From: an uncultured Bacilli bacterium
GTDB taxonomy: Bacteria > Bacillota_I > Bacilli_A > RFN20 > CAG-826
Assembly: GCA_947625975.1 (NCBI GenBank)
Contig: CANQQL010000001.1
Coordinates: 10,833-74,832, forward strand
Direction of reading: 5' to 3'
DNA length: 64,000 nt
The notes beneath the pieces are model-generated. The model did no database searches and was not told the origin of the DNA. It saw nothing but the letters and a program-made list of their open reading frames with translations. Position numbers and translations under genes: made by a program. Shown in pieces: positions 19,384 through 28,282 of this stretch. Numbering within the stretch: position 1 is the first letter of the stretch; each line of letters opens with the position of its first letter.

Positions 19384-20811
19384 ATGAATAAGAAAACTAT
19401 TGTTGCACTTGCGTGTATGGCTTTACTCACAGGTCTAACATCTTGTGATAAAGGTGGTTCAAGTACAAATAATTCAGGAGATAGGTCGACACCAACATAT
19501 GTCGACCAGGATCCATATGTTATGAGTATTGAAATAATTTCTGCACCTAAAAAATTAGTGTATTTTGCTGGAGAATTTTTTGAGGCATCAGGTTTAAGAT
19601 TCAACGCTGTTTGGAATATTGATGGGGAAGAAGAACTCATTGAAGACATGACTGCTTCTGATTGTGAATATTCTCCAAGAGGCCGAGCTTTAACTGTTGA
19701 AGATAAAAAAGTTGTGTTTAATATTGGTGGATATGAATTTTCTTTTGATATAACTGTAAATGATGCCGTAAATATTGAAGAAAAATATGGCAATGCAAAG
19801 AAACAATATCTTCAAAATGGTACAGGAAGCATGTCTTTTAATGATAATGTACGTGGATATTATTATGAAATGGAAAATGCAACAAGTTTAAGTGATAATA
19901 TTCGGATTGCCGATGATATTGTTGCATCAGGAGGAAAATATATTTCTTATTTCAATCCTAATGAAGAAGTAATGTTTTCGATAAATTCAAGTGTCGAAGT
20001 TGATACTTTAATGATGCTTTCTGGTGCGATGGAAAATCGTGTTGAAGTTATGTTAACTAGTGCGTTTGAAATAACTTATGGAACAAATTTAGACGATTTA
20101 TCTAATAAAGTAGAAACATATTATTTTAGTTTTACAGGCACTGGTCAATGGAATATATTTAAAGAATTTAATGTCGGTGAGATTCATTTAGAAGAAGGAA
20201 TAAATTATATTAAGATTAAATCGTTAAGGGCAATAAATTACGATTTTATGTCTCTTGTTAACGTATACGATGAGTCTCGCGATAGCGGTGATATTGATGA
20301 TAAGGAAATAGATCTTGAAGAGAAATATGGCACACCAACTAAAAATCAATTATTAGATGGTACAAATAATATGAAATTTGATGATTCCGTTACTGGATAT
20401 TACTACGAGGCAGAGAGTGCTCAATTAAGTGATGGCATTACTTTAGAAACTGGATCAATGTCTGGTGGACAAGGTATCGGAAGATTTAGAAATGGAGAAA
20501 CAATGACGTTTTCTATTATCTCTGACGTAGAAACTGATGCGTTAGTCATTTTATCATTGACTAGATGGAATGATGGAGATTTGTCAATGAGCGATGCATT
20601 CTTAGGAGAATATGGTACTGATTTAGAGAATTTAACAAAATCAATTAATACATTCTCCCGTACAATTCATAATCATCAAAGTTGGTCGGCATATCAAGAA
20701 TATAACGTTGGAGAAGTTCATTTAGGTCAAGGTGTTAATTATATTAAATTTACGGCGTATCAGGCCGTAAACGTTGATTATATGTGTTTGGTTAATCCGC
20801 TCATTTCGTAA
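19384..20811 (+). CDS. lipoprotein: Ig-like domain plus two CBM6/CBM35-like repeats
   Basis: Lipobox LTSC. ISAPKKLVYFAGEFFEASGLRFNAVWNIDGEE is an Ig-like segment. Two YYYE(M/A)E repeats, with the last one about 80% nt-identical to the last repeat of the 7821-9533 gene. Confidence 0.7.
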   Translation: MNKKTIVALACMALLTGLTSCDKGGSSTNNSGDRSTPTYVDQDPYVMSIEIISAPKKLVYFAGEFFEASGLRFNAVWNIDGEEELIEDMTASDCEYSPRGRALTVEDKKVVFNIGGYEFSFDITVNDAVNIEEKYGNAKKQYLQNGTGSMSFNDNVRGYYYEMENATSLSDNIRIADDIVASGGKYISYFNPNEEVMFSINSSVEVDTLMMLSGAMENRVEVMLTSAFEITYGTNLDDLSNKVETYYFSFTGTGQWNIFKEFNVGEIHLEEGINYIKIKSLRAINYDFMSLVNVYDESRDSGDIDDKEIDLEEKYGTPTKNQLLDGTNNMKFDDSVTGYYYEAESAQLSDGITLETGSMSGGQGIGRFRNGETMTFSIISDVETDALVILSLTRWNDGDLSMSDAFLGEYGTDLENLTKSINTFSRTIHNHQSWSAYQEYNVGEVHLGQGVNYIKFTAYQAVNVDYMCLVNPLIS

Positions 20812-20826
20812 TAGTGAGGTGTCAAT

Positions 20827-23800
20827 ATGAAGAAACTAACAAAAGGAAATATATTTACACTAGTAGCTTTTGCCGTTATTCTTGTGGGAGTGGCTATAGG
20901 CAATTACGAATGCTATATTCATTCTACCGAAATTACAACTCATTTAATCGGAACGGGTGTTGTGATTGATTCAGAAAAGGCTCAAAACGCTTTACTAGAT
21001 GGTGATGAGCTAGTAGAAAAAATTGCCGCAGAAGGTATTGTAATGCTAAAAAATGATAACGTTCTACCTTTAAGTGTGGATAAAGATAAAGGTTATAATG
21101 TTAACTTATTTGGAGTCGGATCTACTGATGATGGGTTTGCCTATACTGGCGTAGGTGGAAGCGGTGTTGCCACAATCATAAGTGAGGATATTTTAAATAG
21201 TGATGGCACTATTAAATATAAGCATAATAGAGTTACTCTAAAAGAAGGTTTAGAACAAGCTGGTTTTAAAGTAAATACTACATTATTAGACAAATATAAA
21301 GATGGAAATCCAGATCCTTCGTTTTATAGCACGGACGATAGTGTTTTAAAAAGTGCCAAAGAATATTCTGATACGGCTATTATTACAATTACAAGACAAA
21401 CAGGAGAAAATTATAAAACTAGTGAATTAGTTGGCGATGTGGATAACGGATTACAAATTACAAGTAAAGAACAGGCAATAATTGACTATGTTTGTGATAA
21501 TTATGATAAGGTAATTATTTTAATAAATTCAACAAACACAATGGAAATGGGATATTTGCAAAATCCTAAAATTAAGGCGTGTCTTAATGTTGGAGTACCA
21601 GGTCAATCTGGAACAAGAGCAATTGGAAAGATTTTATCAGGAGATGTAAATCCTTCTGGTAAATTAGTAGATACTATTCCTTATGATACTACACAAGACC
21701 CTACTTGGGCGAATGCGATTCGAGAGGGTGGAGGAAATGGTAAAAACCAAATCTTCTATGCCGAAGATATTTATATAGGTTATAAATGGTATGAAACAGC
21801 GGATAAAGAAGGCTACTTTAACTCTGTACAAAACGACTATGGTGAAGGTTATGATGGAGTTGTTCAATATCCGTTTGGATATGGATTAAGCTACACTGAT
21901 TTTGAGTGGACACTTAAGAGTGCTGGTTTTGAAGTAGATGGAATAAAGACAGAATTGTCAAAAAGCAATATTTTGACAGATAAAAAAGCTGTCATCAATC
22001 TTGAAGTAGAAGTTAAAAACACTGGTACTGTGGCAGGAAAAGATGTTGTACAGGTATATGTGAATGCACCTTATTATAAAGGAGAGATAGAAAAACCATA
22101 TATTCGTCTAGTTAATTTTGGCAAAACTTCAATTTTAGAGCCAAATCAAACTGAAACTTTATCAATTTCTTTTGATATATACGACTTTGCATCTTACGAC
22201 TGTTATGATGCTAATAACAATGGGATTAGTGGTTGGGAACTTGATCCAGGTGATTATTGTCTTAAATTAATGACAGATGCACATCACCAATCAAATGTTG
22301 AAGATATTACTTTTGTCGTTCCGAGTGCTGAATCAGATACAGGCAGAAAAGGATTTTTGTATCGCTTCGATAATGATTCTAAGGGCTATATAAAAAACAG
22401 ATTTACTGGTGAAAGTGCGGAAGCTGGTGTCCCTATTGATGGAAGTAGTTTTGATCAAGACCCTGTTGTTTATTTATCAAGAAATGACTTTAGCAGTACA
22501 TTTCCTAAAACAAAAACAAAAAATAGAACTGAGTCAATTGTTGCGGATACATTTATAAATTATTATTATAAAGGTTATGATGATCAAAGTGATTTAGTTG
22601 CTCCAATTTTAAATAGAAACAGCGAAGAAATGCTATATTTATATACTTTGGAAGATGGCTCGAAGGCTTCATTAAATGACTTAGAAGGGACAGGAAAAAC
22701 TGTTGTTCCAAACGAAGAGTTAATCTTAGAATTGGGAGAAAATTATAAGAGCGAAAAATGGAATGAGTTATTGTCGCAAATGTCAATAACAGATATTAAC
22801 AACTTTATTTCGAGTGCTGGATTTGGGACAAAACCTATTGAAAGCATCGGGAAACCAAATTTGCTTGATTATGATGGAAGTTGTGGATTTAACCATAAAA
22901 TGGCTAATACTTATGTCAGCAATGCTTGGACTGGATATGCTGGAGAATTTGTTTTAGCCCAAACATATAATGTTGATTTAGCATTGCAAGTTGGACGTGT
23001 TATGGGTGCGGAAGCAAAAGTTACTGGTGGAATGACTGGTATTTACGCTCCTTGTGTTAACTTACACCGTACTCCTTATAATACAAGAAACTATGAGGCT
23101 TATAGTGAGGATGGTTTACTTTCTGGTTATATTGCTGCTAATGTTATTTATGGTGCTAAAACTAATGGCTTGTCTTGTTATATCAAACATTTTGCCCTAT
23201 CAGAACCTGGCTGGAATCCCAATGATTTAGCGACATGGTTAACTGAACAAAACTTAAGAGAAAACTATTTAAAACCATTTGAAATTGCAGTGAAAAAAGC
23301 TGAAGTGAATGCTGTAATGAGCGCATTTAATTGTGTTGGTGCAGTAAGATGCTGTAATAGTTATTCCTTACTTACAGAAATCTTAAGAAAAGAATGGGGC
23401 TTTAAAGGCTCAGTAATAACAGATTATAATATGGGAGAAATTTCTCAACACGTACGTGCTGGCAATGACTTGCACTTAAATCCTAATACAACTGTTATGA
23501 ATTGGATTAATGAAAAGAGTGTTGGAGATGTTTATAGTGGATATTTAGCAGTTAAAAACTCATTATTTACCTATTGTAATACGTATTATACAGCAAAAAC
23601 TTATGATCCATCTGCATCATTGGGAGTTTCCAAACGTGTTGAGCAATTCGTTTGGTGGATTCCTGTATTAATTTTCGCTGATTTATTAGTAGTCGGTTCA
23701 ATTGCGTTCTGGTTATTTAGAATGTTTAAAACGCCTAAGACAACGACTGATATAAATATTATTGCGACGGGAGATACTAAAAAGAAGAACAGGAAGAATG

Positions 23801-23913
23801 ATAAAAGAATTCAAGATTTGATTGAGGAATTGAAATTGCTTAATAAAGAATTAGATGATTTAGAAAAATTAAAAAAACAGCGGGAAAGTAAGGATGATTC
23901 AAATGAAGAATAA
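20827..23913 (+). CDS. GH3-family glycoside hydrolase, paralog C (double-anchored, permuted)
   Basis: VQYPFGYGLSYTDFEW near residue 350. NTRNYEAYSEDG, KHF and WGFKGSVITDY lie C-terminal. TM segment WWIPVLIFADLLVVGSIAFWLF plus a KKKNRKNDKRIQDLIEELKLLNKELDDLEKLKK tail. Confidence 0.85.
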   Translation: MKKLTKGNIFTLVAFAVILVGVAIGNYECYIHSTEITTHLIGTGVVIDSEKAQNALLDGDELVEKIAAEGIVMLKNDNVLPLSVDKDKGYNVNLFGVGSTDDGFAYTGVGGSGVATIISEDILNSDGTIKYKHNRVTLKEGLEQAGFKVNTTLLDKYKDGNPDPSFYSTDDSVLKSAKEYSDTAIITITRQTGENYKTSELVGDVDNGLQITSKEQAIIDYVCDNYDKVIILINSTNTMEMGYLQNPKIKACLNVGVPGQSGTRAIGKILSGDVNPSGKLVDTIPYDTTQDPTWANAIREGGGNGKNQIFYAEDIYIGYKWYETADKEGYFNSVQNDYGEGYDGVVQYPFGYGLSYTDFEWTLKSAGFEVDGIKTELSKSNILTDKKAVINLEVEVKNTGTVAGKDVVQVYVNAPYYKGEIEKPYIRLVNFGKTSILEPNQTETLSISFDIYDFASYDCYDANNNGISGWELDPGDYCLKLMTDAHHQSNVEDITFVVPSAESDTGRKGFLYRFDNDSKGYIKNRFTGESAEAGVPIDGSSFDQDPVVYLSRNDFSSTFPKTKTKNRTESIVADTFINYYYKGYDDQSDLVAPILNRNSEEMLYLYTLEDGSKASLNDLEGTGKTVVPNEELILELGENYKSEKWNELLSQMSITDINNFISSAGFGTKPIESIGKPNLLDYDGSCGFNHKMANTYVSNAWTGYAGEFVLAQTYNVDLALQVGRVMGAEAKVTGGMTGIYAPCVNLHRTPYNTRNYEAYSEDGLLSGYIAANVIYGAKTNGLSCYIKHFALSEPGWNPNDLATWLTEQNLRENYLKPFEIAVKKAEVNAVMSAFNCVGAVRCCNSYSLLTEILRKEWGFKGSVITDYNMGEISQHVRAGNDLHLNPNTTVMNWINEKSVGDVYSGYLAVKNSLFTYCNTYYTAKTYDPSASLGVSKRVEQFVWWIPVLIFADLLVVGSIAFWLFRMFKTPKTTTDINIIATGDTKKKNRKNDKRIQDLIEELKLLNKELDDLEKLKKQRESKDDSNEE

Positions 23914-25021
23914 GAAATTATTTTATACTTTCTTGTCTTTTACTATCTTTGGTTTAGTTGGTTGTGGCGAACTAACTAGTTCTAATTTAGAAAATTCTAT
24001 TATTAGTGAAAATACACCAAGCAGTGCACAAGATTCGCAAGGTTCAATTTATTTGCAACCGTCAGTATCTAATAGTTCTTCGGACATTCAAGAGCATATT
24101 CATAATTTAACTAAAGTAAATGAAGTTGCCGCGACTATGACGAAGGATGGGCACAAGGTTTATTATACTTGTGATGGATGTGAAGATATATTTGCTGATG
24201 CTAATGGTAAAACTATTACAACATTTGATAAAGTAATTTTAAAGGCAACAACACCATTTAGACAAAAACAATATAGTGATTTGAATTATTGTGAATATAT
24301 GCCCGAAATTGCGAATAATGAAAAAGTGCCATTAGTATTATTCTTACATGGAGCTGGTGAAAGAGGTAGCGATAATGAATTACAACTTAAAAATGCTATT
24401 TTAAAAGTGGTTAACTACAATTCAAATTCGCAGTTTATGAACTCAATTGTCATTGCTCCACAATGTCCAGAAAATAAACAATGGGTAGATACACCTTGGG
24501 CAAATGGAAATTATAAACTTTCAGATGTTAATGAATCTGAAATAATGAAAAAAATCGTTTCATTAGTCGAAGAATATCGCACATTTGATTATGTTGACAT
24601 TAATAGGATATATGTTGTGGGATTATCTATGGGTGGTTTTGGAACATGGGATTTAATTGCTAGACATCCAGAATTATTTGCTGCTGCTGTACCAATCTGT
24701 GGTGGTGGTCCCACTGACGCTATTAAGACATTAAGGACTATGCCAATTTATACATTCCATGGCACAAATGATGGAACGGTTCCTTATGCTGGCACAAAAG
24801 AAATGGTAAATCTTATCACAAATTTTGGTGGAAAAAACATTAATTTTGTCACTTTTGATGGAGCTGGTCATGGTATTTGGGATAGTGCTATTACATATGC
24901 TGGTAATGAAGATATTCCTGGGTTAGAAAATTGGCTATTTGCTTTAACTAAAGTAGAAATAAATGATGATTTATTTTTTGGAAAAGTCAATGATTATGAT
25001 GACTTTGATGAAGTGTTATAA
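23903..25021 (+). CDS. lipoprotein alpha/beta-hydrolase esterase (phospholipase/carboxylesterase, PHB-depolymerase/CE1-like family)
   Basis: Lipobox LVGC. Motifs LFLHGAGERGSDN, catalytic-Ser GLSMGGFGTW, CGGGP and FHGTNDGTVPY. Start chosen at ATG 23903 (RBS AAGGA). Confidence 0.7.
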   Translation: MKNKKLFYTFLSFTIFGLVGCGELTSSNLENSIISENTPSSAQDSQGSIYLQPSVSNSSSDIQEHIHNLTKVNEVAATMTKDGHKVYYTCDGCEDIFADANGKTITTFDKVILKATTPFRQKQYSDLNYCEYMPEIANNEKVPLVLFLHGAGERGSDNELQLKNAILKVVNYNSNSQFMNSIVIAPQCPENKQWVDTPWANGNYKLSDVNESEIMKKIVSLVEEYRTFDYVDINRIYVVGLSMGGFGTWDLIARHPELFAAAVPICGGGPTDAIKTLRTMPIYTFHGTNDGTVPYAGTKEMVNLITNFGGKNINFVTFDGAGHGIWDSAITYAGNEDIPGLENWLFALTKVEINDDLFFGKVNDYDDFDEVL

Positions 25022-25058
25022 TAGGTGCATATAATATGCACCTTTTTTGGAGGGAAAT

Positions 25059-26420
25059 ATGAAAAATAAATTAATGCTAACAGCGTTATTGTTAGTAGGA
25101 ACTGGATTAGTGGCATGTAAGCAAAACACAGCGAATAGTAGTCCAGCAATGCCTAATAATTCAATATCAATAGGTGCTGAAAAGGAGTATTGGGATAGTG
25201 ATGGAAAATTAAAGGTATTAACAATTGGAAATAGTTTTTCTGATGATACAATGGAATACTTTTATCAAATTGCGGATTTAGTTGGTGTTGGAGATATTGA
25301 ATTAGGTAATTTATATATTGGTGGATGCACTTTAGAAACACATCTTAATAATGCTAGAGACAATTCTCCAAGCTATGAATATCGAACGAATTATGATGGC
25401 AGTTGGAGTACAGAATTTAAATATAAAATGCTCGATGCGGTTAGCAGTAATGATTGGGATTTCATATCCTTTCAACAAGCAAGTGGCTATAGTGGCATAG
25501 AATCTTCTTATGATTATTTAGAAGAATTAATGGATATAGTAGAAGGTTATTGCATCTCCAAAAACACCCGCTTTGTTTGGAATATGACATGGGCTTATCA
25601 ACAAAATAGTAGTCATGGGGATTTTCCTAAATATGATAATAGCCAAACAAAAATGTATCAAATGATTACAACAACAGTGCAAAACAAAATAGTACCTAAT
25701 AAGAGAATTGAAATAATTTCTCCTACAGGTACAGCAATTCAAAATGTAAGACAATCTTACATTGGTGATAAATTGACAAGAGATGGTTATCATTTATCTT
25801 ATAATTTTGGTAGGTATATTGCAGGATGTACCTTTTTCTCTTCTCTAACGGGCATTTTGCCAACTATGATAAGTTATTTTCCGACTGGAGTTGATGCTCA
25901 ATTAAAAAGAGCTATGACCAAAATGGATTTAGACGTTATCCAAGATGCAATATTATTTGCTTTAGATAAACCTTTTGAAGTAACAAAGTCTCAATATGTT
26001 GCTAAAACAATAGATGGAGTCAAATATGTTCAAATGCCACAAAGCGAACTAGGTATTGTTGATTGTGCTTTTTATAATTCTTCAGCAGAAGACGATTGGT
26101 ATAATTTAAAATACAACGATAGTATTAGTGATAACTTTTTAGCGACAAGAAGGTTTACAAAAAAGGAGTTGCCAGTTGGATCTCTAATTGTAATTGAAAA
26201 TGGTTGGAAGTATCGACCGGAAGGATGGATTGCAGGTAACAAGAACGCTAGTGAAAATAGACCTATAAATGTTACAGAAGAAAAGATTATTGCTGATGTT
26301 GTTTGGTGGGGAAGATATACTGAGAGGGCATTTAATATTTCTAAAGCTTCTGGTGGACCATTATCTAAAGAAGAAATAGAACAAGGAAGAGAATGCTTAG
26401 AAATCTATATACCTGTATAA
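25059..26420 (+). CDS. lipoprotein, SGNH/DUF4886-like putative carbohydrate esterase
   Basis: Lipobox LVAC. VLTIGNSFSDDT resembles the DUF4886/SGNH N-terminal block. RBS GGAGGG. Confidence 0.55.
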   Translation: MKNKLMLTALLLVGTGLVACKQNTANSSPAMPNNSISIGAEKEYWDSDGKLKVLTIGNSFSDDTMEYFYQIADLVGVGDIELGNLYIGGCTLETHLNNARDNSPSYEYRTNYDGSWSTEFKYKMLDAVSSNDWDFISFQQASGYSGIESSYDYLEELMDIVEGYCISKNTRFVWNMTWAYQQNSSHGDFPKYDNSQTKMYQMITTTVQNKIVPNKRIEIISPTGTAIQNVRQSYIGDKLTRDGYHLSYNFGRYIAGCTFFSSLTGILPTMISYFPTGVDAQLKRAMTKMDLDVIQDAILFALDKPFEVTKSQYVAKTIDGVKYVQMPQSELGIVDCAFYNSSAEDDWYNLKYNDSISDNFLATRRFTKKELPVGSLIVIENGWKYRPEGWIAGNKNASENRPINVTEEKIIADVVWWGRYTERAFNISKASGGPLSKEEIEQGRECLEIYIPV

Positions 26421-26513
26421 TAAAATTGATGTAAACATGGCATGGGTTACATTATTTGTGAATATTGCAATTTTTTAAAATAAGTAAATATTTATGCTAA
26501 AATAATTTTGATA

Positions 26514-26523
26514 CTTGCTATAA
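26514..26523 (+). promoter_or_regulatory. extended -10 promoter element (TGcTATAAT) for the downstream esterase paralog
   Basis: ttGcTATAAT lies 38 nt upstream of ATG 26561. Confidence 0.35.
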
Positions 26524-26560
26524 TTTATTTGTATTTTCATCAAAAGAAATAGGATTTAGT

Positions 26561-27280
26561 ATGAAAAAGACATTATTCTCACAAAAACGATTTGGTGACT
26601 TAAACTATTGTGAATATGTGCCAAAAATAGAAGAGGGACAAAAAGTTTCTCTAGTCTTGTTTTTGCATGGTGGTGGGGAAAGAGGTAATGATAATAAATC
26701 ACAGCTCAAAAATGCCATTTTAAAAGTTATAAACAAAAATTCTAAATCAAAGTTTATGAATGCAATAGTTATTGCCCCACAATGTCCTTTAAATATAAGA
26801 TGGGTAAATACTCTTAGTGGAGAGGGGAACTATACATTAGCAGAAGTAGATGAATCAGCATTAATGATAAAGGTTGTAGCATTAATAAAATATTACAGCA
26901 CTTTAGAGTATGTAGATGCAAATTGTATATACGTTATTGGTTTATCAATTGGTGGATTCGGAACATGGGACTTACTTTCAAGACATCCAAAATTATTTGC
27001 AGCGGGTGTTCCAATTTGTGGTGGAGGTCCTACTGACGCTATAGATACTTTAAAAAACATTCCAATTTATACTTTCCATGGAACAAATGATTCTGTAGTT
27101 CCATTTAATGGTACAAAAGAAATGGTGAATTTAATTACTAATGCTGGTGGTAAAAATATTGATTTTGTAAGTTTTGAAGGCGCGGGCCATGAGATATGGG
27201 ATAACGCTATTACTTATATAGGAGATAAAAGTCATCCAAAATTAGAAGATTGGTTATTTAGTAAGAGCTTAATTAAGTAG
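26561..27280 (+). CDS. alpha/beta-hydrolase esterase paralog, N-terminally truncated with no signal peptide
   Basis: Collinear with residues about 120-375 of the 23903-25021 esterase: FGDLNYCEYVP, LFLHGGGERGNDN, GLSIGGFGTW, FHGTNDSVVPF. Confidence 0.7.
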   Translation: MKKTLFSQKRFGDLNYCEYVPKIEEGQKVSLVLFLHGGGERGNDNKSQLKNAILKVINKNSKSKFMNAIVIAPQCPLNIRWVNTLSGEGNYTLAEVDESALMIKVVALIKYYSTLEYVDANCIYVIGLSIGGFGTWDLLSRHPKLFAAGVPICGGGPTDAIDTLKNIPIYTFHGTNDSVVPFNGTKEMVNLITNAGGKNIDFVSFEGAGHEIWDNAITYIGDKSHPKLEDWLFSKSLIK

Positions 27281-27700
27281 TTGTTTTTGTATTGCTTGTT
27301 TTAAGAATATTGTATATAAAGTTTTTTAAAGAAAGATGACAAATCATTTTGAAAATCTTATGTAGCTTATAAAAGAAAAATGCTAATAATTTTGAAATGA
27401 TTTGCAAATGAAAATATAGGACAAGTTATGATTAATTTAATAAAAAGGTTAACTTTTGAAAGTTAACCTTATACAAATCCCTGCTTAGAAAGTAAGGATT
27501 ATCTGTAATTGATTTTATTTGGCATTATTTTTATAAAGCTTATAATTAAAATTCATCTTGTAAAGAGTATTTAAACTTGCTTTTTAATGCATCTAATATC
27601 AATTACACTTTTATTATGTGCTAATTATTAAATTTTATTATTTATAAGAAATTTACCAAAAAAAGGCTTTTAGTTTTTTGAACTTGAAAACAATAATGAA

Positions 27701-28159
27701 TTAAATTTTAACATTTGGGAATTGGATTAATACTGATTCACGATCCTTTAAATTTTTGCATCTTTTAAGCATTTCGTCTAACAATTTTTGCTTTTTGTCT
27801 AAAATTAGATAGACCGCAACGCCACGATCAGTTACGAAAAGTAAAATATTGTTTTTTCTTGACCAATTTTCATCAATATAGATTATTTTGCTATATTCGT
27901 AGACATACTCTTTGGTTAATTTCTTTTGCGAAAGATATTTTTTTTCTAAAGTATAATAACTACATTTTAAAGTAATAATAAAATAAACTAAAGTAATGAT
28001 TGCCCAGCCGGCAAATATAATATAATCTTGCTTTGGAAGTGGCCAAGTAAAACTTCCATCAAGAGTCAAATAAAATAAAGCTAGAAGAAGAATAGAAAGA
28101 AGAAAAAACCATAAAAGGGTTTTTTTCATATTCGGGAATATTTTCACTTTAATCACCAT
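27701..28159 (-). CDS. small two-TM membrane protein with a bacterial-PH-like soluble domain (putative)
   Basis: 152-aa ORF with two hydrophobic helices and a roughly 90-aa basic C-terminal domain. No clear SD; the real start may be the internal Met at 28129. Confidence 0.4.
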   Translation of the reverse strand: MVIKVKIFPNMKKTLLWFFLLSILLLALFYLTLDGSFTWPLPKQDYIIFAGWAIITLVYFIITLKCSYYTLEKKYLSQKKLTKEYVYEYSKIIYIDENWSRKNNILLFVTDRGVAVYLILDKKQKLLDEMLKRCKNLKDRESVLIQFPNVKI

Positions 28160-28282
28160 TTAAAATTATATCACATTTGTAAAGTTACTAAAAGGAAAAT
28201 AGACACGAAATGTTTTGTAAATCATATTTACAACATTCTTTTAAATATGGTAAAATTAACATAGAATTTGGGAGGAGAAAAT

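Noticed and set aside
4289-27280. Possibility that the GH3 proteins are inactive sensor domains rather than enzymes.
   Set aside because: The nucleophile motif (GF.G.VITD) and the KH(F/L) and RN(F/Y)E..SED(A/P/G) blocks are conserved in all three paralogs, so enzymatic activity is the simpler reading.
28268-28282. TTG start given in the ORF track for the first gene of the SMC-like operon (MGGENM...).
   Set aside because: The GGAGGAG sequence inside this extension is a far better SD for the ATG at 28283, so the extension is probably untranslated.
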